A stretch of DNA of 64,000 bases from NCBI GenBank assembly GCA_038062955.1, contig JBBTWE010000001.1:3927-67926 (forward strand). The letters are read 5' to 3'. This DNA is from Patescibacteria group bacterium (GTDB taxonomy: Bacteria > Patescibacteriota > Minisyncoccia > Phycocordibacterales > BOKC01). A program made the position numbers and the translations under genes. Below are positions 45,811-55,391 of the stretch, piece by piece; position 1 is the first letter of the stretch, and every line of letters begins with the position of its first letter. The notes beneath the pieces were generated by a model. It saw only the letters and a list, made by a program, of their open reading frames with translations. It searched no databases and was not told the DNA's origin.

Positions 45811-46644
45811 GTGAAAAGCGTGAAGCAGATTCTTGACTTGGCCTACCGCCTGGCACTTCTGTGGATTCCGTGCTTCTTTCTATTCAACAAGGTGTGGGGA
45901 GAGGTTACGTGGGAGCAGGCCTTCCACAACACAGCGTTCTATCTTCCGGTTGTGGCCTCGATCTTCTGCCTGTCTTTCCAATTTGACTTGTTCACGCAGA
46001 TTGTTGAGAGAAAGGAAATCAACATCAAGGCGCGAGCGATTGACTTCATTCACTGGCTTCTTCTCATTTCCATCAATGTCAGCCTCTGGATGTTCGGGGG
46101 TGTAACGATCTGGTGGCTTGTCCTTCAACTTGCAATGCTCGTTCTCATTGGTGCTCAAATTGGAATCAGGAGCGCACAGAGAGAATCGATCTTTTCGATG
46201 AACGAAAAGGTTGCTGGTGGAGTCGCCGCGTCGTTCGCGCTTCTTCTGGGAAGTGCTGCCGGTTACATTCGGTATGCAAGCCCAGAAGGAAGTAGTGCGG
46301 GATGGTGGCTCGATTCGATCACAGGTATCGTCTCGATCGTGCTTGTTGTCGGGTTCATAACTCAAGACCTCTCTACTATCCGCAAGGATTGGACGCCCTA
46401 CCCACGGAAGATATTTCTCAAAGGGGTCTTCGGTTGCAACGTCATGATCTTGCTCAATTGGGTGAGTGTGATGAGCAAGGCGGATTGCAACTGGAGTTAC
46501 GAGTGTTGGTTTGGTCAGCATTTCGGCTTCACTTTTGTCACAATCGTTGGGAACTCGGTCTACCTCGCCTTCTGGGGAATGTACGAGTTCTACCGAGCGA
46601 AGCAAGAGAGGGAGAAGAGAGGTTGGGGACCACTCATGGTATGA
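45811..46644 (+). CDS. polytopic membrane protein, GC-rich island
   Basis: Several hydrophobic helices; promoter+SD; preferred over antisense ORF 45880..46605. Confidence 0.5.
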   Translation: MKSVKQILDLAYRLALLWIPCFFLFNKVWGEVTWEQAFHNTAFYLPVVASIFCLSFQFDLFTQIVERKEINIKARAIDFIHWLLLISINVSLWMFGGVTIWWLVLQLAMLVLIGAQIGIRSAQRESIFSMNEKVAGGVAASFALLLGSAAGYIRYASPEGSSAGWWLDSITGIVSIVLVVGFITQDLSTIRKDWTPYPRKIFLKGVFGCNVMILLNWVSVMSKADCNWSYECWFGQHFGFTFVTIVGNSVYLAFWGMYEFYRAKQEREKRGWGPLMV

Positions 46645-46654
46645 CCGGGTCTCT

Positions 46655-46710
46655 TGGAGGGTGGTAAAGAGTTGCTTTAAAAGCGACTTTGAACCACCTT
46701 CTTTTTTTAT
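46655..46710 (+). terminator. rho-independent terminator
   Basis: gggtggt...accacct stem followed by T7. Confidence 0.5.
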
Positions 46711-46884
46711 GTATTTTAGCTTTGATTTATGTATAATATTTAGATTATGAATCCTGTAGTAGAATTTCAGGTTGCAAATACTACTCGGTAGAATATAAAT
46801 TGTAGATTTATTTATTACTTAAAAGCTATTGATTTCCAGGATAGTTCTGATTTTGCAAAGAACGACCTGAAATTTCACTACGGG

Positions 46885-47955
46885 ATGAAAACCATAAAAA
46901 TTGGGAAAAGAAAGGTGGGGGAAGGACAGCCAACTTTTATCGTGGCGGAGATTTCTTGCAATCATGAACAGAAATACGAACAGGCCGAAGCTATTGTAAG
47001 AGCCGCGGCTTCTGCTGGAGTTGATGCTGTTAAAATGCAGACTTATACTCCGGATACGATCACTTTACCTTCTCGAAAAAAATGGTTTTTTGTTGGAGGC
47101 AAGACCAATCCTGATGCATGGAAGGGACAGACTTTTCACGATTTATATAAAAAAGCTTACACGCCTTGGGATTGGCAGCCAAAGCTTCAAAAATTAACAC
47201 ACTCTTTGGGGATGGAATTTTTTTCAACTCCATTCGATGAAACAGCCGTAGATTTTCTAGAAAAAATGAAAGTGCCGGTTTATAAAGTTGCCGCTTATGA
47301 ATCAACTGATTTTACTCTGCTTCGAAAAGTTGCCAAAACAAAGAAGCCCGTAATTGTGTCGGTTGGCTTCGCTACACTCAAAGAAGTTGAATTTATTGTT
47401 GAAACTTTAAGGAAATATGGTGCCAAAGAAATAATTATTTTGCAGTGTACAACTTCATACGCCAAAGAAGCTATTTCTGAAAAAACAAATCTGGCGACGA
47501 TGAAAGATATTAAAGAAAGATTTAAGGTTGAGGTTGGTCTGTCTGACAATATGGGGGGAATTGAAGTGCCGGTTTTGGCTTCTGCGCTGGGTGCGTCTGT
47601 GATTGAAAAGCACATTGTCTTAAATCGAGAAGGCGCGGCGCTTGATGACAGATTTTCTCTCGATCCAGTAGAATTTAAAGCGATGGTGGATAAAATAAGA
47701 TGGCAGGAAAAAGTGAAAGGAAAAGTTGCTTATGGTCCACAGACTGAATCAGAAAAGTTCAATCGAGGTTTTAGACGCTCGCTTTTTGTTTCTCAAAATA
47801 TAAAAAAAGGAGAAAAAATTACTCCTAAAAATGTAAGGTCAGTGCGCCCAGCAGACGGTCTCGAAACAAAATATTACGATGAAGTTATGGGCAAGATTGC
47901 CAAGAAAGATATCGAAGAAGGAACTCCTTTGGCTTGGAACTTAATATCTAAATAA
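46885..47955 (+). CDS. nonulosonic acid synthase (NeuB/PseI/LegI family) with C-terminal SAF domain
   Basis: PTFIVAEISCNHEQ N-terminus, TIM-barrel plus antifreeze-like C-terminal domain. Confidence 0.85.
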   Translation: MKTIKIGKRKVGEGQPTFIVAEISCNHEQKYEQAEAIVRAAASAGVDAVKMQTYTPDTITLPSRKKWFFVGGKTNPDAWKGQTFHDLYKKAYTPWDWQPKLQKLTHSLGMEFFSTPFDETAVDFLEKMKVPVYKVAAYESTDFTLLRKVAKTKKPVIVSVGFATLKEVEFIVETLRKYGAKEIIILQCTTSYAKEAISEKTNLATMKDIKERFKVEVGLSDNMGGIEVPVLASALGASVIEKHIVLNREGAALDDRFSLDPVEFKAMVDKIRWQEKVKGKVAYGPQTESEKFNRGFRRSLFVSQNIKKGEKITPKNVRSVRPADGLETKYYDEVMGKIAKKDIEEGTPLAWNLISK

Positions 47956-47959
47956 TTCA

Positions 47960-49120
47960 ATGATTCTTTTTGAACATGAAGGCAAAGAACTTCTAAAATC
48001 TGCTGGTATAAATATCCCACGTGGGGAGTTGCTGAAATCGGAAAAAGATAAAATCTCCATTTCTTTCCCTCTTGTGCTTAAAGCTCAAGTACTCTCGGGC
48101 AAGCGTGCCCTACGTGGCGGAATTGTCATGGTCGAGAACAAAGATTCTCTCTCAAACTCTCTCAAAAAAATCTTCAATCTCAAAACTTTTGGAGAACCGG
48201 TCCAAGCCGTACTGGCAGAGGAGAAAATTCCTTATAAAAAAAGCTTCTATTTGTCATTTTCTTATGATACTAATTTCAGATCTGCAGTTTTGAGCTGGTC
48301 GCACGAAGGAGGTACAGGAGTCGAGGAGAGGAAAGTTAACATCATCCCTTTCGATATCAGAAAAATTGTCTTTCCAAAGGATATGCCTTTCCCGGTAGAA
48401 ATTCTCGAGTTACTTGTAAAAATCTTTCTTGAAAATGATTGTTTGCTTCTTGAAATAAACCCACTTGTCTCTTTTTTAGATAAAACTGGGAAAGAAAAAT
48501 GGTGCGCGCTTGATGCCAAGGTTAACCTTGATGACACGGCAGGAGGTAGACATAAGAATTGGCAATATTCTCCAAGAAATTCTGGGAAAGTATCAGAGCG
48601 AGAAATTGCCGCTAAAAAAATCGACGAAGGTGATCATCGCGGAACGGCTGGTTCAAGCTTCGTTGATTTGGAAGGTGATATAGCAATTCTTGCGTCCGGC
48701 GGCGGGGCATCATTAGTTGCTATGGATACTCTTCTTTCTTTGGGTGGAAAGCCAGCTAATTACACCGAATACTCTGGTAATCCTCCAAGAGAGAAAGTTT
48801 TGCGCCTCACTGAGATCGTACTCTCAAAACCAAATTTAAAAGGTCTCTGGATTATTGGAGCGGTTGCTAATTTTACTGATATTTATGAGACTCTTTCGGG
48901 AGTTATCGAAGGTATTCGATCGATTGAAAAGAAAACCGGAAAGAAGTTTGATTTTCCGATAATTATTCGCCGGGGTGGGCCTAGAGAAAAAGAGGCTTTT
49001 TCGATGCTTAAAGAAGTGAAAGATTTAAATATTAAATTTTCTGGTCGGGAAATTTCAATTGCCGAGTCTGCCAAAATTGTTATGGAAGAAACAAAACGAT
49101 ACGCTAAGTTTTCAAAATAA
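47960..49120 (+). CDS. ATP-grasp beta subunit of ADP-forming CoA ligase (SucC/AclB-like)
   Basis: N-terminal ILFEHEGKELLKSAGI like SucC; Ligase_CoA-like C-terminal half. Confidence 0.55.
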   Translation: MILFEHEGKELLKSAGINIPRGELLKSEKDKISISFPLVLKAQVLSGKRALRGGIVMVENKDSLSNSLKKIFNLKTFGEPVQAVLAEEKIPYKKSFYLSFSYDTNFRSAVLSWSHEGGTGVEERKVNIIPFDIRKIVFPKDMPFPVEILELLVKIFLENDCLLLEINPLVSFLDKTGKEKWCALDAKVNLDDTAGGRHKNWQYSPRNSGKVSEREIAAKKIDEGDHRGTAGSSFVDLEGDIAILASGGGASLVAMDTLLSLGGKPANYTEYSGNPPREKVLRLTEIVLSKPNLKGLWIIGAVANFTDIYETLSGVIEGIRSIEKKTGKKFDFPIIIRRGGPREKEAFSMLKEVKDLNIKFSGREISIAESAKIVMEETKRYAKFSK

Positions 49121-49122
49121 AC

Positions 49123-50019
49123 ATGATACTTTTACCAAAAGGAGCAAAAATAATTGGACAAGGACTAACGGGATCGGAGGGACGAATTTGTCTGCCGACC
49201 ATGCTTCAATATGGTACGAAAGTTGTTGCAGGAGTGACGCCTGGAAAAGGAGGCCAAGAAGTTTTCGGAGTACCGATATTTAATAGTGTGAAAGAGGCGA
49301 TTGAAACTGTCGGAGAAGTTCACGGCTCTGTTCAATTCGTTCCTCCACTTTTTGTTCTTGCCGCAACGAAAGAGGCAATTGAAGCTGGAATAAAATTTAT
49401 TTTAATCGGGGCTGAAAAAGTTCCAGTAAAAGATGCTGCTCAAATAATTTCGCTTGCTCGAGAAACTGAGACTACAATTGTGGGACCAAGCTCGGTTGGT
49501 CTAATTAACCCAGGCAGGTCTCTTAAAATTGGTGGAATCGGTGGCAGTGAGCCAGAACGAGTGTACGCGGAAGGGGAAGTCGCAGTGATTTCTAAGTCTG
49601 GGGGGATGACTTCAGAAATAAGTTTGCATTTAAAAAATAATTCTTTGGGAGTGAGTTTTGCTCTTGGAATTGGAGGAGAGCGTTTGGTGGGAAGTGATTT
49701 TGCCGATTGGCTCATCGCCCTGGAGAAAGACCCGGAAACCAGAGTATCGGTAATTTTTGGCGAATTAGGTGGCACTTATGAAGAGCGAGTCGCCGAATGT
49801 GTAAAAACAGGTAAAATTAAAAAACCGGTTATTGCGTTTATTGCCGGAGAATTTGCCAGTATTTTGCCTTCTGGAATTCAATTTGGGCATGCCGGTGCAA
49901 TTATCGAAGCTGGGCGGGGAGATCCAAAAGAAAAAAGAAGAATATTAAAAGAAGCAGGTGTGTTGGTGGCAGAGAAGTTTGATGATATCGCCAATTTGGT
50001 TAAAAAAGCATTAAAATAA
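49123..50019 (+). CDS. CoA-binding alpha subunit of ADP-forming CoA ligase (SucD/AclA N-terminal-like)
   Basis: Aligns to SucD throughout incl. GQGLTGSEG, VTPGKGG, QFGHAGAII phosphohistidine loop. Confidence 0.8.
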   Translation: MILLPKGAKIIGQGLTGSEGRICLPTMLQYGTKVVAGVTPGKGGQEVFGVPIFNSVKEAIETVGEVHGSVQFVPPLFVLAATKEAIEAGIKFILIGAEKVPVKDAAQIISLARETETTIVGPSSVGLINPGRSLKIGGIGGSEPERVYAEGEVAVISKSGGMTSEISLHLKNNSLGVSFALGIGGERLVGSDFADWLIALEKDPETRVSVIFGELGGTYEERVAECVKTGKIKKPVIAFIAGEFASILPSGIQFGHAGAIIEAGRGDPKEKRRILKEAGVLVAEKFDDIANLVKKALK

Positions 50020-50024
50020 TGTAT

Positions 50025-50116
50025 GATTTACGATATAAGATTTATGATTTAAGATTATCAAAGGACATACAGCGTTTAAATTTAAATCTGACATCATAAA
50101 TCGTAAATCTTAAATC
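50025..50116. repeat. inverted heptamer arrays (GATTTAN)x4 ... (NTAAATC)x4 filling intergenic region before 50121
   Basis: gatttac gatataa gatttat gatttaa - spacer - tttaaat ctgacat cataaat cgtaaat cttaaatc. Confidence 0.5.
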
Positions 50117-50120
50117 AACC

Positions 50121-50795
50121 ATGTCTTTAACTGTAAATCACAAAGATAACGAATCATATTTGGGTGACAAACCTCTTCTTAAACTTGCCAGAGAAAAAAA
50201 TTTTTCGGAGCTTATATTTATTTTGCTTGCCGAGCGGGAACCGAGCAAAGATGAACTTTCGATTTTTGAATTGATTCTAAATATTTCAATTGACCATGGT
50301 CCAGACACTCCATCAGCTAAAGCGGTGATTGAAAAAGCAAAAGGAGGTGAAAATATCGGAGAAGCTGTTGCGTCTGGTATGCGAGAGATAAATGATGTAC
50401 ACGGTGGAGCACAAGAAGCTCTTATGCCAATTTTGTATAAAATAGTAAAAGAAAAATTGTCAGCCGAAAATATTGTGAAAGAATTTGTAGAAAACAAAAA
50501 ACGTCTGCCCGGATTTGGTCATCGTTTATATAAAGATAACGATCCGCGTGCCGAACTTATAATTACAACTCTGGTTGAAAATGGTTTGGGAGAGGATTAT
50601 GTTGCTGCAAGCCGCGCACTCCAAAAATCACTTAAAGATATTACTGGAAAAACTTTGCCTTTAAATATTGATGGAGCTATCGCTGTCGCTCTTTGTGCAT
50701 TTGGTCTCCCTCCATCTTTAGGCAAACCAATTTTCATGATTGCTCGCACCCCCGGCCTTTGCGCTCATTATTTGAATAATAAGCCGATAAATTAA
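50121..50795 (+). CDS. citrate-synthase-fold small protein (citryl-CoA lyase / ACLY C-terminal-domain-like)
   Basis: GFGHRLYKDNDPRA matches citrate synthase G[FY]GHxV..DPR signature. Confidence 0.6.
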   Translation: MSLTVNHKDNESYLGDKPLLKLAREKNFSELIFILLAEREPSKDELSIFELILNISIDHGPDTPSAKAVIEKAKGGENIGEAVASGMREINDVHGGAQEALMPILYKIVKEKLSAENIVKEFVENKKRLPGFGHRLYKDNDPRAELIITTLVENGLGEDYVAASRALQKSLKDITGKTLPLNIDGAIAVALCAFGLPPSLGKPIFMIARTPGLCAHYLNNKPIN

Positions 50796-50879
50796 TGTAA
50801 CTATTGCTTTTTATTTAATAACAATGTACGATATTTTAGGAAAACGAATACAAAACCACGATCTTCGGTGGGATAAATC

Positions 50880-51512
50880 ATGCAAACAAACACACAAAAA
50901 GTAGTTGTTGTTCTTGGCGGTGGCCTTCGAAAAGATGACACTGGCAGATGGTGTACAGTTGGTCTTGCTCAGGGTGGCGATAACTTTGCCGCTTCAAATG
51001 ACAGGTGGCGAATCGATGCCGCACACACTCTTTGGAAGAGCGACCCTTCTACGACTCTCGTGCCATCTGCGGGTCAGGGTCAGTACAAAGGAACTGACAC
51101 TCCAGCTGTAGCCGAAGTAATGGCAAGCGAACTTGTGGAACTTGGGGTTCCAGAATCGGCTATTACGAAGGACATTGAGTCTGGCAATACCGTAGAGCAA
51201 CTTCGCATGACAGCAAAGCTTGCAAGAGAAATGGGGTTGCGACAGGTTGCCGTTTTAAGTAATGAATGGCACTTGGCTAGAATTCAAGCAATGCTGGATC
51301 ATGCTCCTGGTCTCGTCCAAGCTTTCACTGGGATACTGGTAAACTTGGTGGCCGCAGAAAGCATTTTGTGGGCGGAGTCGAAGGAGTGGCAAGAACGGAT
51401 TAAAGCCGCGAGAGTTGACTCGGGAATCATGAAGCGCGTCGAGTTGGAAGCAAATGGAGTAAGGCAGATCCAGGAAGGAACGTACCGGTGGCCACCTAGT
51501 TCTTCTGTGTAG
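50880..51512 (+). CDS. DUF218/YdcF-like protein, GC-rich island
   Basis: VVVLGGGL N-terminus and overall YdcF/ElyC-like pattern; GC-rich. Confidence 0.5.
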   Translation: MQTNTQKVVVVLGGGLRKDDTGRWCTVGLAQGGDNFAASNDRWRIDAAHTLWKSDPSTTLVPSAGQGQYKGTDTPAVAEVMASELVELGVPESAITKDIESGNTVEQLRMTAKLAREMGLRQVAVLSNEWHLARIQAMLDHAPGLVQAFTGILVNLVAAESILWAESKEWQERIKAARVDSGIMKRVELEANGVRQIQEGTYRWPPSSSV

Positions 51513-51560
51513 TAAACAAGGTCACGACCAGCATTTAATATATGCTGGTTTTTTGTTAGA

Positions 51561-52016
51561 ATGGACTTCATGAAAAAAGATTTAACATTAACCCTTCGCC
51601 CTGCAACCATCGCTGATGCTCTAATGCTTTTGGAATGGAGGAATGATGAGGAGACCAGGCGTCAGTCGGTCAATATGGATAAGGTTTTACTAGAGACGCA
51701 TTTACCGTGGCTTGAAAAAGTTATTGCTAACCCTAACAGGAAACTCATGATTGCGGAGTTGGAAGGTACCCCTGTTGGTACAGTTAGATTGGATATTGAA
51801 GAACCGCGCTCGGAATTAAGTTGGACTATAGCACCCAAAATGCGGGGCAAAGGATTTGGTACGTTAATGGTGATTGAAGCGGTTAAGTATTTTAATAAAC
51901 CTCTTAAAATAATTATAAAACCAGGGAACCTTGCCTCATTTAAAGTTGCGGAAAAAGCAGGATTTAAAAAAATAAACGAAACCGCGGATATGACAAACTG
52001 GATTCACGACAAATAA
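51561..52016 (+). CDS. GNAT N-acetyltransferase (PseH candidate)
   Basis: LRPATIADALMLLEWRNDEETRRQS resembles PseH N-terminus; GNAT core GKGFGTLMV. Confidence 0.55.
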   Translation: MDFMKKDLTLTLRPATIADALMLLEWRNDEETRRQSVNMDKVLLETHLPWLEKVIANPNRKLMIAELEGTPVGTVRLDIEEPRSELSWTIAPKMRGKGFGTLMVIEAVKYFNKPLKIIIKPGNLASFKVAEKAGFKKINETADMTNWIHDK

Positions 52017-54233
52017 ATGAAATTAAAAACAATATTACATTACATAATTATTGGTGGACTTTTTCTTATTCCATTTGTTCCGCTTATTGTTCTTAACTCA
52101 CTCTATTTTCCTTTTATTGTAGGAAAGGCTTTTGCTTTTAGAATTTTGGTCGAAATTATCTTTGCCGCTTGGCTTGTTCTCATGCTTTTGGATCGTAGAT
52201 ATCGGCCTAAATTATCGTGGATTTCTGGGTCAATTGGGGTATTTTTGTTTGTCATAATGCTTGCTAATATCTTTGGCCTAAATCCTTACTTTAGCTTCTG
52301 GTCCAATTTTGAACGCATGGAAGGTTTTGTAACCCTTCTTCATCTCGGAGCCTTTTTTGTAGTTTTGGGATCGTTTTTTAATGAAAAGTTATGGCAGAGA
52401 TTTTTTCATATTTCGCTTGGAGTAAGCATTTTTATTTCTTTCTATTCTCTATCACAGATTTTTGGTTGGATAGATATTCGTCAAGGGGGAGCAAGAGTTG
52501 ACGGTACGATGGGGAATGCGATTTATTTGGCACTATATCTAATGTTTCATTTTTTTATTGCGCTTTTCTATTTTTTCAAAGCGCAAAAATACAAATTTGC
52601 CTATCTTTTAATAATATTTTTAAATCTAATAATAATTTATTTCACCGCATCTCGCGGTGTTATATTGGGTCTCGGACTTGGTTTACTGATTGCTTTCTTG
52701 CTTATATTTATTTTAGAAAAAGAGAGAAAAATTTTAAGAAGAAATATCGGCATTGCCCTGCTCTCGCTTGTCATTTTGATTGGTGGATTTCTTTTTGTTA
52801 AAGATTCGAATTTTGTAAGAAAAAACCAGACTCTGGGGAGATTTTCAGAACTGACCAAGGTTGATGCTATAAAGAGCCAGGGTAGATTCATGATCTGGCC
52901 GATGGCGACAACGGCTTTCAAGGATAGCCCTATCCTGGGTTATGGCCAAGAAAATTTTAACTTTGTTTTTAATAGATACTATAATCCAAAAGTCTTTAAT
53001 CAAGAGCCGTGGTTTGATCGGGTGCATAACACATTTTTGGATTGGTTGGTTGTCGGTGGAATTCTTGGATTACTCTCCTATATAACAATTCTTTTTTCGC
53101 TCTTTTTCGCTCTCTGGAGTTCATCTGCGTCCGTGATTGATAAGAGCGTTTTAACGGGCCTACTTACGGGTTATATTTTCCAAAGCATTTTTGTTTTTGA
53201 TAATTTAACAAGTTACATATTTGTTTATGCAATCTTTGGTTATATTTGGCATTTAGAAACTAACATTCTAAATTCCAATCAAAAAGAGATAAAAATAAAT
53301 GAAAAGCCAATAAGATACTTTGTGTTGCCGATTATTCTCATTGTTCTTGTTTACGGAATTTATTTCGTTAATGTTCGGGCACTTAGGGCAAATGCGGCTC
53401 TTATTCGGGCTATTCACCCAGAAAGTTTGGTTGAAGATAGTTTGTCTAGTTATCAAAAAGTTTTTGATATAAATAGTTTTGGTGGAAGAGAAACATTATT
53501 TCAATTTTTAGATAAAACAATAAGAGTAAATAGGGACGGAAATGTGGCACCCCATATCAAAGAAGAATATTTGAAACTAGCTGAAACACAAGTTAAGTCT
53601 ATAACAGATAAATATTCCTTTGATACCAGGACTTTTCTAGTTGTTGGATCTTTTTATTCCAATATGTCTAATTTAGCGAGAGAACTGAAAGATGAGTCCA
53701 GGGCAGAAAATTATTTTGAAAAATCTGTGCAATTTTTAGAAAAAGCAAAAGAAATTTCCCCTAAAAGGCAAGATGTTTATTTCGAGATAGGCTCTTCTTA
53801 TTTTTCTCACAACGATCTTGTTTCCTCGCTTCAAAATTTAAAATTTGCTTTTGATCTTGAACCGGAAAATCCAGAAGCTAGAATCCGTTACGCATTAGTC
53901 TTAATGTATGCTGGAAATATCGAAGAAGCTAATACTGTTTTGTCTAAAGGAGGAAACAGTTTATATTTTGATTTGCGGGTAATGAATACCCTTTTTTATA
54001 CTAACCAAAATACCAAAATTCTATCGTTATGGCAGGAGAGAGTGGAGGAAAATCCAGAAAATCCAGAGTTTCGCAAGTCTTTGGCTGCCGCTTGTATAAT
54101 GAATGATAATTTGTCTGGAGCAATAAAAGAACTTGAGGAAATAATTAAGCTACGACCAGAATTTAAAGAAAGCGCTGATTTTATGATTGCAGAAATCAGA
54201 GCGGGGAGAGGTCAAGCGTTAATCACAAATTAA
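52017..54233 (+). CDS. Wzy_C (O-antigen ligase/PglL-like) membrane protein with C-terminal TPR repeats
   Basis: ~12 TM helices then TPR-like repeats. Confidence 0.6.
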   Translation: MKLKTILHYIIIGGLFLIPFVPLIVLNSLYFPFIVGKAFAFRILVEIIFAAWLVLMLLDRRYRPKLSWISGSIGVFLFVIMLANIFGLNPYFSFWSNFERMEGFVTLLHLGAFFVVLGSFFNEKLWQRFFHISLGVSIFISFYSLSQIFGWIDIRQGGARVDGTMGNAIYLALYLMFHFFIALFYFFKAQKYKFAYLLIIFLNLIIIYFTASRGVILGLGLGLLIAFLLIFILEKERKILRRNIGIALLSLVILIGGFLFVKDSNFVRKNQTLGRFSELTKVDAIKSQGRFMIWPMATTAFKDSPILGYGQENFNFVFNRYYNPKVFNQEPWFDRVHNTFLDWLVVGGILGLLSYITILFSLFFALWSSSASVIDKSVLTGLLTGYIFQSIFVFDNLTSYIFVYAIFGYIWHLETNILNSNQKEIKINEKPIRYFVLPIILIVLVYGIYFVNVRALRANAALIRAIHPESLVEDSLSSYQKVFDINSFGGRETLFQFLDKTIRVNRDGNVAPHIKEEYLKLAETQVKSITDKYSFDTRTFLVVGSFYSNMSNLARELKDESRAENYFEKSVQFLEKAKEISPKRQDVYFEIGSSYFSHNDLVSSLQNLKFAFDLEPENPEARIRYALVLMYAGNIEEANTVLSKGGNSLYFDLRVMNTLFYTNQNTKILSLWQERVEENPENPEFRKSLAAACIMNDNLSGAIKELEEIIKLRPEFKESADFMIAEIRAGRGQALITN

Positions 54234-54273
54234 AAAAATAATTTAAAAAAAGCTCCGCGGCAATTGCGGAGCT
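54232..54273 (-). terminator. hairpin terminator overlapping Nudix stop
   Basis: agctccgc-ggcaatt-gcggagct; U-run on minus strand. Confidence 0.4.
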
Positions 54274-54809
54274 CAAGGCGCTTCTGCGCCGGCATCTGGT
54301 GCGAGGATGTCGAATGCCATACGCACAGCGGCTATCTCGTCAGGGAACATGGCGATTGTCCTGCGGTCTGTTACTCCGCGTACCTTGTCGATTGTTCTCA
54401 AGTCGATGAGCTCGTTCAGTTGTTCTCTTTGGAGCAGATGAATGCCTCCTGTCGAAGTGTTGAGCTTCAAGACTTTGAGAAAACTTGGATCCTCGATAAG
54501 GAGGCCGTAAGTTACAACTGGCTTGTCATCATCTTTTCGGATGAGTTCAGTCATAGCACTCCGGAAGTAGGGAGCGATATCACTGAAGCGAATGCCACAT
54601 TCTTCCTCAAACTCTCTTTCGAGGGTTTTGATTGTATCCTCTCCTTCCTCTGCTCCGCCGTGGCAGGTAACCTGGCATGCGCCGGGCCAACTTTCCCTCG
54701 CCATCTTCTCGTGATTGAAAGTACCGCGTACTTGGAGAACAGCTACAACCCCACCCATGCCTGGGAGCTTCGTGAGTACTACCAAACCGACGCTTGTCTT
54801 TTGGCTCAT
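54273..54809 (-). CDS. Nudix hydrolase, GC-rich island
   Basis: Nudix box GGAEEGEDTIKTLEREFEEECGI. Confidence 0.75.
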   Translation of the reverse strand: MSQKTSVGLVVLTKLPGMGGVVAVLQVRGTFNHEKMARESWPGACQVTCHGGAEEGEDTIKTLEREFEEECGIRFSDIAPYFRSAMTELIRKDDDKPVVTYGLLIEDPSFLKVLKLNTSTGGIHLLQREQLNELIDLRTIDKVRGVTDRRTIAMFPDEIAAVRMAFDILAPDAGAEAP

Positions 54810-54928
54810 TTTAAGCCACCATTCCTTTGTACAGACCTCTATTTCAAAGAAAAAGCTCCTTGAATCTGATTGTAACTTAGCATGAATCTTATAATTTTGT
54901 CGAATTATAAATGATCATAAAGCGAAAC

Positions 54929-55030
54929 TTGCATTATTTCGTGGATATGCTATACTGTGGGCTGTGAGTGCTGGTTAACTACTAGCCCTAAACAAATGTC
55001 TACGTAAGGCCCCGCTTTGGCGGGGTTTTA
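54929..55030 (+). ncRNA. candidate small RNA (promoter TTGCAT-N16-TATACT to short hairpin terminator)
   Basis: ~68-nt predicted transcript gugggcugugagugcugg...ccccgcuuuggcggggUUUU; no family recognised. Confidence 0.3.
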
Positions 55031-55109
55031 TGTTGGTTTCCAGATTTTTTAAATCCCTCTTTTCATTAAAATAAATCTTGTCTCAAAAACTCTATTTAGA
55101 GCTTAATTT

Positions 55110-55232
55110 AAAAGTCAAAAATCAAAAGTCAAAATTTAAATTCAAAATTCAAAAGTAAATTTATGCGTATTAAACTTAACGGCTTTTAACTTTCAATTTT
55201 GCCTTTTGCCTTTTGCTTTTTGAATTTTGACT
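55110..55232. repeat. inverted heptamer arrays (AAAAGTC)n ... (GACTTTT)n, ~120-bp imperfect palindrome
   Basis: aaaagtc aaaaatc aaaagtc aaaattt aaattca aaattca - 40-nt spacer - ttttgcc ttttgcc ttttgct ttttgaa ttttgac. Confidence 0.5.
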
Positions 55233-55391
55233 TGGTTAAAATTCTAACTCTAGCTTTGACGATGTAATATTTATTGATTCATCTCTGTTAATTTTGTATC
55301 ATTTAATCCAAGTTCGTGCGAAGTCGTGGTTGGCGGTTAGCACTCACATAAGATATTTGTTGGAGCTCGCAGCCGCCGACCGCGACTTCTC

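Noticed and set aside
45880-46605. 241-aa ORF on minus strand
   Set aside because: It is antisense to the plus-strand membrane-protein ORF, which has a consensus promoter, SD, TM helices and a terminator. It is a GC-rich shadow frame.
51299-51610. 103-aa ORF on minus strand
   Set aside because: It overlaps the 3' end of the DUF218 gene and the start of the GNAT gene. It is a shadow frame.
54264-54863. 199-aa ORF on plus strand
   Set aside because: It is the antisense shadow of the Nudix gene, which has a clear Nudix box. The GC-rich DNA keeps all frames open.
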